NCBI RefSeq assembly: GCF_964204645.1
Contig: NC_134029.1
Location: 3,038,001-3,102,000 of the forward strand
DNA length: 64,000 nt
From: Tubulanus polymorphus
Taxonomy: Eukaryota; Animalia; Nemertea
Reading direction: 5' to 3'
Under the pieces are notes generated by a model. That model was not told where the DNA came from, made no database searches, and was given only the letters and a program-made list of their open reading frames with translations. Positions 1-12,077 of this stretch are shown piece by piece. Position 1 is the stretch's first letter, and each line of letters begins with the position of its first letter. A program made the translations under genes and the position numbers.

Positions 1-96
1 TGACTCATGTTCAAGACATAGCTGCCAGGTGTCTGATGAATAATCAATAAATGATAAAATATTCCTGGTTGCAAATGATCAATGGATTTACAGTAC

Positions 97-3000
97 CTTA
101 CTGTCATTTGTTTCAAACCATTTACCATCAATATCGCAAACAAAAGATATATAATGTCCTCCTTCCAAAGAAGAGCCTTGATGAACCACAACACTGCAAA
201 GTTTAAAATTCTGAAAAATATGTGACAGTGTTATTTATGTGCAGTATTCCTAAAAAACTAGAATATCTTCAGTAAATGAGCATACCTCGTTGTGGAAGCT
301 AAGAACTTCATCAAATCTCACAAAATCATTTCTTTTTTCCAATGTCTTACTGAATCTTAAAAGGACAAGACAGTCTATTAGTTATAACTCCACCAATCAA
401 TTCTAGAGATACTGTTCATACCGTATGCCATGCGTAAAATACCATTCTACAGGGTGCCTCAAAAAATGTGTTTTCAGTTACACAAAAGCAGTTTAAGCAA
501 ATTGACAGATTAAGTATTTACCTGTTAATTTGAATAGCTAAACATTCAGGAGCCTTCAAAGGTTTAGTAGATTTCCTTGCAACCTTTAATTTGCAACTTC
601 AATGAAAAACGATGGAAATGAAATCATAGCTAAAAGATAATACCTATAAATATGGAATCAGTACTTATGATCACTACATGAAATAAACATAACAAACTCA
701 CTGGGAACACTCATAGTCATCCAGTTCCTCACTACAAAAATATGAATTAAGTAACGAGACAAGGGTTGTGACTCCTTTTCCTTTATCCTTCTGAAATACA
801 AAGAAAATCTCAAATGTCATATAGGAACTATTTATAGGAAACATATAGAAATATTCAGCGGTTTAAGGGACCAAAAACACAGCTACACACCCCAAGTGAT
901 AGACTGAGGTTTGTGAATCCATCAGTTTGTGTTGATTCAGTAGAACAGGATCTACAGATGACTGAAAGAGAAAGTCATAAAATATTCAAACAGGGCTTAC
1001 TGATGTGAAAATTAAGTGTAGTAAAAATGAATGAATCATTGCTTGAAAAGCTTTGCTACTTAAAATACCTTTTGTTTGAAGAGAACCATGGAAAAACTTA
1101 ACAATCTGTTTAAAATCAGAACTGAAAAAATAAACACACATTATATTCATCATCTATCTAGCCTCAATTTTTTGATAAGTATAAACATAATTGCATTCGT
1201 TCATTCGCTCGTTGCTTCATTCATTTTGTTTACCTTGAATTTTCATCTTCAATTTTACTCATCCAACGAATGAAGAACTCATGGGCATCACACTGACGTC
1301 TTGAGTAGAGCCCTATATCTAAGATAAAATGGGGTGAAAATCAGTTTGGTTCAGTAAAGGAAAGTTGAAGAAAGAAGTGAGAAAGAAGCAAAACCACATT
1401 TTTTTCCAGTTCACCACGGTTGTGTATGAACACCAAACCATCCAGCTCTTCATTATAGAACAGATAGGCAAGGGTCTCATTCCTCGAGACATCACCTACA
1501 TATTTTGATCATAGTAGTGTATAACATACATGAATAGCATAAAAGTCATGAAGCGAAGCAACATATATAAAACAGAAAACAGATGAAATAGGAGTGAAAT
1601 ATTCAATTTGCACTGGTCATTGTGGTCACCTCAAAGTCTTCAGATACAGAAGCAAGTGGCAATGAGGCTCTAGTCATTTAAGACCCTACTCAAAATTAGG
1701 GGATACCTATGGAATTTCCAAGAAAATAACGCCTATGTGACTGTCATTGGTTTGGCAAGAAATCATACTATAATTAAATATCATATCAAAAGTGTTTGAT
1801 ACAGGCTATTCCTAGTATAAGCCCATCTGATCACTTTTCCTGAGATAGGCACATAAAATGTTTTCCTAAATCGCTGCAATAAGGTGAAAAAAAGACTTTT
1901 GGTGCAACCACACAACTAGGACACCACGCCTACTGGCGAAATGCTTGACAATCTGAAAATAATCAAATACCACATTATTCCGTTATTCGCCTGGTGATCA
2001 TACTCAGAAACGAATTATGTACCTTGAAACTCACCCAGCACGAATTTCAACACATTATAATGGCAAACCATAATCACTACCATTAGGAAGCTACAGGTCT
2101 CAGAATTCAGGGCACAAGTGACCTTTTTTTGTCAAAATATCAAGGAACTTCATTGAAGCATATTCAAGATTTCCCAGCCAGCCATCTGGAATTTGATCAG
2201 GCCAGTTTTTGGCTCCAGATGCATCTAAAGTAGCTATTAACCTAATATCAAAACAAACCATTGAAGCATCAATTACAGTTCAATTTTCCACAAATTACTG
2301 GGGCCTGTCTACAAACAATGAATGAAAAGTGAACAAATTAGGCCCGCTAGGATTTAAGTCCCAAGTGGGTTAAAAAGCATTTGCATTGTAATGAGACATA
2401 ATCATGTGGATTACTTAATACTTAATACCCTGAGATGAAGCCTATATGTGTAGAGTATTTACATAGACAATGTGAAGCAAAGAAAATTGATGAAAAACAA
2501 ATAGGAAGATTATATAATATACCAACCATTTTGCCATTATTCTGTCAGGAAAAGGAAATTGAAATATAAACATTAGGTCAAAAACACTTTAATTCTCAAA
2601 TTACACAACTAATCTAGTTTATGAATTAGAGATATTTTATTTCAAAGGACTAAAAATTGCAGTATAATGAGAAATTATGATCAAAGTAAATACTTACTAG
2701 GCAAAAGACATTTCATGGCACTAGGATTCACTACATGACTAATATTTGCTGATGTACTTCGCAGAACTAGACACAGATCCTCCAGTGTCTGGGTGAAATT
2801 ATCCTGCTTTACCTCTAAATCAAAGATGTTATGTGTCAATTCTATGAACAATAGGAATGCTTGGCTGTGAGACGATTAGACAAATTAACTATCATCCCAC
2901 CCTTAAGGCTGGCTTGAGGCTGATTAGCGGGATATGAGATCCTCCCAGTTGCTTCCCTGCTTTTGTCCAGTTCCGATTACTGGCAACTGCACTGGATCAC

Positions 3001-5678
3001 ATGGTCATGAGCATTTTGAGGATAGATTTAAATTATTTTGAATTGCGAAATATATTTCCAGTTGAAAAGCAGTTTCGTTAAGACTTTTATCTTTCTGATT
3101 CTGTTTTGAATACAATGTGTAAGCGACATCATATAAAGATGGCCGCTCACTACGTAATTCTACCAATTTCGTTTCTAGATCTTTAGTCCAGTCAACTGCA
3201 ATGCTGGACGTTTGGTTTGCGTTTGAAACTACTTGAAATTACCGGTAAATATTTGTGACATGATACAAATGACACTAATGTAGCAATCAAAATTTGTACT
3301 ATGATCATTCGGTCTCTAATTGGCTGGTATTCCTGCGCTCAGTTCCATCGCGTCAAGTCAGGAGAGGGAGGTTGTCATACACATAGGATAACATATATAC
3401 CGGTACCCATCCTTTATATGGGCTAAGCATAAAGTCAAATTATGGCTCCTCACCGAAATTTGATGATGATGATTAGGCCTATATATCCAATCATAGAACT
3501 CATCATGAGCTACAATTTTGCAAAGTGGTGACAATTTTGCAATTGTGGTAAAAATATGCCTAGGTAACTTGACTAAAATTGAACCGATATGCATTAGGCT
3601 ATTCCTCAGGCATTGATATTCACAGGGCTCTGCCCCAAATGACATCCAAGTCAAGTCACGGGGCCGTATATTTTGGTGCAGCTGAAAAGTAGCGATACTT
3701 AAAATAATATATATAGATGATGATAAATATTTCAGTTAGATATATCATAATAGCATAGGCTATATGGTATCTATAGTTAGTCTGAATACCGGTGGTCGTT
3801 TCACGAACGCCAGTTAACTTCGAATTCGAAGGTGATAATCAAAAATTCTTCGAATTAGGCATAGATCATTTGATGATTAAATCTGTTTCACTAACGCAAA
3901 TTAGCGAAAAATTAACCAATTCAAATTATCTCAGATAATTCTGAATTAGTTGCCCATAATGCATTAGTCCTATAACATGAACAAGGTTTCATTCATAAAT
4001 ATCGTAGGATTTTTTGGTTGTACAATGAAATTGTATAATCGATCGTTCCGTATTTTCTTTGCAATTCTTTCTCCAATGAGATTTTCAATAGGCCCTAAAT
4101 CTAAAAATGTGTAGGTGATATATGATAAATATCTTAATTTGCATTTTTGAAATGGGCATCGAAAATTAACCTAAAAATTTTTATTCGAATTGGGCAACTA
4201 ACCCAAATTAGAGGCTTAATCCCTGTATGTAAAACCGGGCCCAGGGAGTTAGGGTTAGTTTAAGGGTCCGTTTTACACTTAGAGAGATGAAAGGGTTAGG
4301 GTAAGGTTGAGATACGATACGTTGAATGCTATATGAATTGAAAACTTACAGCCAGATTGCAAGAACGTATTTTATATTTATATTTAGAGGATATATACAC
4401 TGGTCCGGGTTCGAATCCCGCTCTATTTTCTCTAAATCTGTTCAAATTTTCTTGAATTTTCAAAGTTTTGCATTTGCGCAGCATCAATTAGGCAATCAAA
4501 ACAAGTCATTGGAAAAATGACATAGTCTAATAATAAGAAAGGCAGCCAATATTTTGCCAATGCGGTATTATTCCTCTTAACACTATTTTGCCAATGGCGC
4601 GTTCTGAATGACTAATTGCGGCTGCATAGGAAAGTTTGGAGAACAGAGTTAGCCTAGACAAAATAAGAGCATAGACTAGAGTGGGATTCGAACCCGGACC
4701 ACCAGATTACTGGCCTAACGTCTTTCCACTAGACTAGACCACTGGGCTCACTGACAACTACCCGTAATTTTTCACTACAGCCTCACCTTTACCAAAACTC
4801 TATGGGTAATAACGGACACTTAAGTGGCTAAACCTCACCCTAACCGGCACGATTTTATTGTTACATTTCATAGCCATTGGGCAATGGCAAAATAGCATAT
4901 CGCTGTGGCTACTCGTACGGACCCGTACGGATTACTCTGGAGGCTATTCATACGGAACTAGGATCTGTTTCACCAAGAATCTTAGTGTCTGATGTAGGCC
5001 TACCACAGGATTGGTTACACTAGGATCGTAGAGCGACGGAGATCACTGGTGGAGACAACCACTGCCAGTGCTGGGTGAAGGATCTGTACGCTAATAACTG
5101 TCGCTGATTGGCCGATAAACGCCCGCCATTCAAGGAAAGTGTGGAGAATATAGTTAGAGAACAATAGAGTGGATCAAGCGAGACTCGAACCTGGGCCAGT
5201 AAATAACTAGCACAGCATCATACCACTAGACCACTGAGCTCACTGACAGTCAGCCGAATGTTTTGACTAGCCTGACCGTACGAATAATTCCACAGTAATC
5301 CGTACGGGTGCGTACGAATAGCCTACGGAATTATTCATACGGGCGCGTACGAATAGCCTACGGAATTATTCGTACGTGTCTGTACGAATAGCCACTTGGT
5401 TTACTAAAATAATGCTGCATTATTGGCAAAATATCCACTTCCATTCTTTAAAGCCTTCAAAATGGGCTTTATATATACTTACGACATCTATTGAAAAGCT
5501 CCATTGAATTCTGGCTTTCTGCGGACTTTTTAGAGAACAGTTTGAAATGTTCTGCTACACACTTAACCGATTGAATAACGCTGTTCATATAACAAGACTG
5601 CCCATAATTAGCAAGACCACGAGTGTATTTTGAAGGCCTCTTAGAATATGCCCAAGCAGTAGAACCTAAGAACATCAT
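97..5678 (-). CDS. USP-family (peptidase C19) ubiquitin carboxyl-terminal hydrolase, divergent; 3' end runs off the window
   Basis: Phase-compatible exons ~5678-5483, 2814-2698, 1318-1234, 1121-1069, 961-891, 790-702, 596-522, 355-286, 210-97. They give Cys box GLANYGQSCYMNSVIQ, QCDAHEFF, CRSC...FTNLSLSL, ECSHC zinc pair, APECLAIQINRF, and His box SVVVHQGSSLEGGHYISFV...WFETND. Start codon uncertain (an in-frame acceptor also lies at ~5694). Confidence 0.85.
4398..5250. mobile_element. tRNA-derived SINE-like heads in the USP intron
   Basis: Pol III A-box (tggtctagtgg) and B-box (ggttcgaatccc / ggttcgagtc) motifs at 4681-4755 (-) and ~5179-5247 (-), plus a B-box fragment at 4398-4423 (+). They do not fold into a clean cloverleaf. 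Confidence 0.55.
4905..5396. repeat. Inverted-repeat (MITE-like) structure with internal short direct repeats
   Basis: gtggctactcgtacggacccgtacggattact (4905-) is the near reverse complement of agtaatccgtacgggtgcgtacgaatagcc...gtacgaatagccac (5296-5396). Confidence 0.55.
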
Positions 5679-6244
5679 ATTGTATGTTGAAAACTGAAAA
5701 AAACTTAAATCACTGAGTCGAAACTTGTCGAAAAAGTTATTCCAACTTGGCGCAAGTATCCGTGGCGCCTCCTACTATTGCCAACGTTTCAGTATAGGAT
5801 GTTGTTTGCATTTTGATTCTTACTCTGGCATGCACTTCCGCCGATAATTCTTACTTGGCACGATATTCCCACTTGGCGCATAACACAGGTGGCGCGGAAT
5901 TGAAGAGGCAATCAGTCTTTAATAGTAGCATGCCACAGTAGGAACATTATTCTTGATCGCTAGGTGCTGCCTCCAGGAATTGCATCGACGGTGAATATGG
6001 AACTAATACGACCTGCACGGCGGACTCGAATTAGGAAATTCTGCAATTCTCATAATTAGCAGAACAAATTCATCAAACATTCACACAATATCCATCATTA
6101 TCACCTGGACTTGAATCAAACCTATGGAGCATTCGCTTTTAATTTGCGCCGAGTCAGGTTAAAGGCATTATGAACTGTGTTCACCTGCGGGGTCCTGGAC
6201 ACTTTAAACCGAGAAACGACCCCATTCACAACCAGATGATAAGA

Positions 6245-6338
6245 CCCCTGTGAAAATGGCTCCCGGTTCCCGATTCAAAACCATTTTGAATCGGGAGCCG
6301 AATCGGGAACCGGGAACCGGTAGCCAGCTTCACACGGG
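6245..6338. repeat. Short palindromic/foldback element
   Basis: cccctgtgaa..tggctcccggttcccgattc pairs with gaatcgggaaccgg..tagccagcttcacacggg. Confidence 0.6.
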
Positions 6339-7050
6339 TGATGATAATGTGTATGATGAAGCTGTTTTATATCATATATTTCACCTTGGAATAATCAGTC
6401 TGATTATACTCCGATTTCACAACGAACGCTACCATTTCCAATAAAACGTACGGACCGTCAAATTTTGGGATTGGCTGGATATATACTGACTGAGACATCT
6501 ACTTCGGGATTCTTGCGACTTAAGTGAATATTCAGTCAAGGTGAATTATAACATTGGTTTTTATTGGAAACTAATAAACTACTACAAATACGTGAATCAA
6601 TAAGATTAAATGATATTTTTGCCATGCGCATTCATTGGATGATATTGCAAGATCTTGGAAAGCAAAGACGCGCCCTGAAGAAGCGCGTTTGAACTTTGTT
6701 TGCATGGAAAATTGCGCTTTATAAATTCTATTCTATTTATCATCATTATTATGAAACAAGTGCACATTTCTATATTCATTCTTCATGCGTTGGTTTCATT
6801 TTATTCAATGCTTTCGAAACAACATTTTGAAGAATGGAATAAGTATTTAGAATGAAGTGACTATATACGGTTATAGATATTTATAGCTATAGTCAACAGG
6901 TTATTCTTTGCTATTTCTAATCTACGAGCAATTATCTCAACGATTTATGCTCGTAATTCTAATTCATTTCGAAAAATCTTTTTCTGAGAAGAGCTTATGT
7001 TATGGACATCTTCATCGTTACCGATACCTGTAGTTTTGATTCTGTTCTTC

Positions 7051-8720
7051 CTATCTGTCTTTCTCTTTTGTTTCTTGTCCTTCTTTTTGATTTTGTTGCT
7101 TATTGCGGAATTTGTTTCTGAGAAGAGCTAATGCATCTTGGACATCTTCATCGTTAGCCGAGGCCTGTAATTTTGACTTCGGTTCTTCCTCACCATCTGC
7201 CTTTCTTTTTGTTTCACTTTCTTCTCTCTGCTTTTGTTGCTTATGGCGGAATTTATTTCTAAGAAGAGCTAATGCATCTTGGACATCTTCATCGTTAGCC
7301 GAGGCCTGTAATTTTGACTTTGGTTCTTCCTCGCTATCCGCCTTTCTCTTTGTTTCACTTTCTTCTGTCTGCTTTTGTTGCTTATGGCGGAATTTATTTC
7401 TAAGAAGAGCTAATGCATCTTGGACGTCTTCATCGTTAGCCGAGGCCTGTAATTTTGACTTTGGTTCTTCCTCACCATCTGCCTTTCTCTTTGTTTCACT
7501 TTCTTCTCTCTGCTTTTGTTGCTTATGGCGGAATTTATTTCTAAGAAGAGCTAATGCATCTTGGACATCTTCATCGTTAGCCGAGGCCTGTAATTTTGAC
7601 TTTGGTTCTTCCTCGCTATCCGCCTTTCTCTTTGTTTCATTTTCTTCTGTCTGCTTTTGTTGCTTATGGCGGAATTTATTTCTAAGAAGAGCTAATGCAT
7701 CTTGGACGTCTTCATCGTTAGCCGAGGCCTGTAATTTTGACTTTGGTTCTTCCTCACCATCTGCCTTTCTCTTTGTTTCACTTTCTTCTCTCTGCTTTTG
7801 TTGCTTATGGCGGAATTTATTTCTAAGAAGAGCTAATGCATCTTGGACATCTTCATCGTTAGCCGAGGCCTGTAATTTTGACTTTGGTTCTTCCTCACCA
7901 TCTGCCTTTCTCTTTGTTTCACTTTCTTCTCTCTGCTTTTGTTGCTTATGGCGGAATTTATTTCTAAGAAGAGCTAATGCATCTTGGACATCTTCATCGT
8001 TAGCCGAGGCCTGTAATTTTGACTTTGGTTCTTCCTCGCTATCCGCCTTTCTCTTTGTTTCACTTTCTTCTGTCTGCTTATGGCGGAATTTATTTCTGAG
8101 AAGAGCTAATGCATCTTGGACATCTTCATCGTTAGCCGAGGCCTGTAATTTTGACTTCGGTTCTTCCTCACTATCCGCCTTTCTCTTTGTTTCACTTTCT
8201 TCTCTCTGCTGTTGTTGCTTATGGCGGAATTTATTTCTGAGAAGAGCTAATGCATCTTGGACATCTTCATCGTTAGCCGAGGCCTGTAGTTTTGACTTCG
8301 GTTCTTCCTCACTATCCGCCTTTCTCTTTGTTTCACTTTCTTCTCTCTGCTGTTGTTGCTTATGGCGGAATTTATTTCTAAGAAGAGCTAATGCATCTTG
8401 AACATCTTCATCGTTAGCCGAGGCCTGTAATTTTGACTTTGGTTCTTCCTCGCTATCTGCCTTTCTCTTTGTTTCACTTTCTTCTGTCTGCTTTTGTTGC
8501 TTATGGCGGAATTTATTTCTGAGTAGAGCTAATGCATCTTGGACATCTTCATCGTTAGCCGAGGCCTGTAATTTTGACTTTGGTTCTTCCTCGCTATCTG
8601 CCTTTCTCTTTGTTTCACTTTCTTCTGTCTGCTTTTGTTGCTTATGGCGGAATTTATTTCTAAGAAGAGCTAATACGTCTTGGACATCTTCATCGTTAGC
8701 CGAGGCCTGTAGTTTTGACT
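7051..8720 (-). repeat. Coding tandem repeat, 141-bp unit x12
   Basis: Near-identical 141-bp units; one carries a 9-bp in-frame deletion and the last is truncated. Confidence 0.95.
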
Positions 8721-9095
8721 TGGATTCATTCTCCTGATCAACCTTCCTGACTTGTAACTTTGATTGACCATCTAATTCAGAAAGGATCCTCTTCGCTTCG
8801 TCAACGGCCAGTGCGAAGTCGCGGTCAAGTGGCCCTACAAAATCCAAACAATTATCTTAACATAACTGTTGTTTTCCAACCCTTCAAACAGGTACGTAGG
8901 TCAGTACTATCATAGATCGTAGCTTTGATGTCTATCTCACTGAAGGAAACTTAGATTCTCCTACGAATATTCATATTTAAATGCACTATATCGTCGCATT
9001 TGCCACACATTTGATATTTAAAAAAAAGTAAAAAGCAAATTACCTGCGACTACTGTATACGCCGTCACTACTACAATAAGTAGGGGGACCTTCAT
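7051..9095 (-). CDS. Secreted tandem-repeat protein / multi-copy peptide precursor (~611 aa)
   Basis: Exon 9095-9044 encodes signal-peptide-like MKVPLLIVVVTAYTVVA (donor gtaatt, phase 1). It splices in frame to ttttgtag|8834-7051, which holds 12 copies of LQASANDEDVQDALALLRNKFRHKQQKQREESETKRKADSEEEPKSK. Probable non-coding exon ends ~9230. Confidence 0.8.
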
Positions 9096-12077
9096 CTTTA
9101 AAATCTGAAAATCCAATAATTTCTAATATGAGCAGAGAACTTCTAGACCTATATATTTGCATTTAGATTCTGCAGTTCTGCTGTGAGACAAATTATTTGT
9201 TTGTAGTAACGATGGAGCAAAACTTACTTATTGTTTTTTAACTGCAGTAACTCCCTTGCGATGTGGGGAAAGCGTCGAACACTGAACACCAAAAGTTATA
9301 TAAAATCGATGTAGCGTTTGATAACGTGTCTGTTCCTTTGATTTTTTAACTTATTCGATTTTCCTCCACTCGTTTATTTATATGTAGCCTACGTTGCTGA
9401 TTGAATACCACCGTTAAATGAGGTCATCATCTTCAGTGGTATTTTTAATTATGTTTATCTTTAAACGAGACAGCATAGCTTAGCTGGATATCAATCTACA
9501 TTCTGCCAATAAAAAATATCCCTTGACAGATTCAGTTAAAACTTACGGGAGATGTGCCAAATGTACAGATATTTTTGCAGGGGTAGATCCAGGGTCCTTT
9601 CTTGAGGGTGTTCCATCAAATTGTAAGGGCACTCGGGCTTCTGTATCCATGCCTCGCCAGCACCGCAGGCGTGAATTCATTGCGGGGGGTTTGGGTGACC
9701 TCTCCCAGAGAATGTTTAAGATTTAAAACAATTCAAACCATGTTGAAATTACGAGCCCACGGCCTGCCCGTACACATGATACACAAATATATCAAGCTGA
9801 TGGTGTGCTAGAAATTCAAATGCAAGTCAAGGTCTCCAATCATCAGCTACTACATTGTACATGCATTATCAAGCTCCTTTCACAGATTCGATTATATCTT
9901 GGAACTCCATGATTAAACAAACTTTAAATCGTTAAACGTGGGTTTTCCACCCTGTAGTCATTAACACGCGCACCTGACTATCTCTGAGTGGATCCGTAAA
10001 AGAACAGAATGGCCACCGCCCCCTAGGAGTAAACGCCCGACTAAATCAACTCACTTCTGCACTTTTCCAAGAGTTTTGCATGAAAAGCTACACTTTTGAC
10101 CAGCTCATTAACTCTTGTAGTACCTTTCTCCACCGACATCTACGATTAAAGTGACTTTAATAAAACTAGTCTGATGAATTCACTGATTCTAGCGCGTTTT
10201 TCACCAGACTGTCTAAAATAAAATGGTTAGGTGTAAGCGGGACATCGTGCGCATTAGCCGACGAACTTGAACTGACGACGGATATGATGGTTAAGAACGA
10301 CTCAGCATGCTGAACACAATTCCTCATCTTTTGGCGCGTTTACCTCTGGGTATGGGCTTGCCATGTGTATGGTGAAAAATGTAAAAATCTTAAAAATGGT
10401 GTTTTGAGAGGGGAGGGAGGTCAATTGCCAATGTCAATTTTGGTTATGGAACAAATTTAACTTGTAATGAGAACAGACTGAATGAGAACGGCGGAGCTTA
10501 ACGATAAAAATATAGGTAGATGAGTGTTTTCTATCAGGATGTAAACTTGTTGATTACTGCGTGCATTGTTAATTTCGATGTGCCCTTTAGTACGTTGAAA
10601 AGTTTCTATATTTCTGATTGTATATTTTCAGATCACCCATTCTGCTCCATCTCCTTTTTTTATGCAATTGTATTTATCTCATGTTAAATTATATATATAT
10701 ATATATACGTATTGTTGATTTCCATGTTTTAATTTTCAAATTTTTTATTCATGAAGCATTTCATCCTTTATACATACCATACTTGTTCAGAGTAATGAAC
10801 TGTTGTATTATGTTGTATTTTATTGCATTGTAATCCGATAGAAGATCGATTCCTACTATGGTATGCTAGTGATTACCCGCATACAAGAAACGATTGTTTA
10901 AATCCCACAATACTGAAACATATACGGGTACACAAACTCCACGGTGCATTAAATCCGTGGCCACGCCTTTCATAATCAAATAATTGAAAAATGAGAAATA
11001 CAGTATGTTTAAAATCTAATAATAGGTTTTTTATTTTTGTACAAAAAAAAACTACGGGTCTAAATAGGTAGTACAACAACAGCATAAAAATAGGTATACA
11101 AAATAAACATTTCAACTGATATCCATTTTAAATGTTTTCAACTGTTCAAAGTCAATCAGATAATGATGAGAAATACATACATTCCTCCATTGAATTCATA
11201 AATCATTATAGATATTCTAAAAATAATGTCTCATATAGGTTTGGATTAAACATTTAGTTTACAATAAACAATATGTAAGCTTATGTCACAAAAATTAGTT
11301 TTTACACATATTATTTCTCAGGCACAAGTTCATATCTTCTTAACACACAGGAATGCTTCATTACCGCAACTTCAATGTAGTTTACATGTACAAGTATAGT
11401 GTCAATATTAATGACCGATTACGTGATATATCTACTTTGAAGAGTCTGACCTTTTAAAATGAACAAATATAGAGAAAAGCTATGATACAGGCACCAGTAA
11501 CTACAACATTCTTTATGACGCAGATTCTACTAAGGGGATTCTATCATTATTAATTCATTATATGAAGCTGAAATGAGTTAGTAGATTTCTACCATCATAA
11601 AATCAAAAACTCTTTCAGTGTGCTTGCTTGGTTATGCAGAGTATAATCCATACACTTTGTATGCGCCTACCCCGTGGTGTGGTGTATCCATGCAACTATT
11701 AATCATTAACAAGTTAGAATCTCTAATGAAAGACGGCAACACCGGTCAAACATCGTACATATTAGCAACTAACAATACACTGCACTGCCAGGTAGACGCA
11801 AAAAACTGGTATGCCAGTTATACAACGCATCGGGGGTGGAATTTTCCAAAATTTTAAGATTATTCCTACAGCATTTTAGGGTATGAAAGTGTCAGCAGTG
11901 AAAGGGAACATCTGCACAATGAAACTTACTACAATTACACATGTAATCTACAAACAATGATATGTTACTATAAATACAAAGTATTCTGAAAGCTCTACAT
12001 GAAACACAAACGCTGTAAATAGGAAGGGCTAAACCGATGAGACATGCTTTGATTAGTTTAAGTAGACTATGATTGTA

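Noticed and set aside
3358-3683. Additional USP exon (98-aa ORF with an upstream acceptor)
   Set aside because: No USP motif, and the Cys-box exon already splices in phase to 2814; cannot be excluded but is unsupported.
4681-4755. tRNA gene
   Set aside because: A and B boxes are present but acceptor and anticodon stems do not pair; several degenerate copies point to a SINE-like repeat.
7103-8401. 432-aa + strand ORF
   Set aside because: Antisense shadow of the coding repeat; the - strand has the signal-peptide exon and splice sites.
7051-8720. CRISPR-like array
   Set aside because: Eukaryotic context; whole units repeat with no unique spacers and encode protein.
7051-8847. Assignment of the repeat peptide to the CRH/DH44/egg-laying hormone family
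   Set aside because: Length and multi-copy layout are similar, but there is no Gly-Lys-Arg amidation signal and no convincing family motif.
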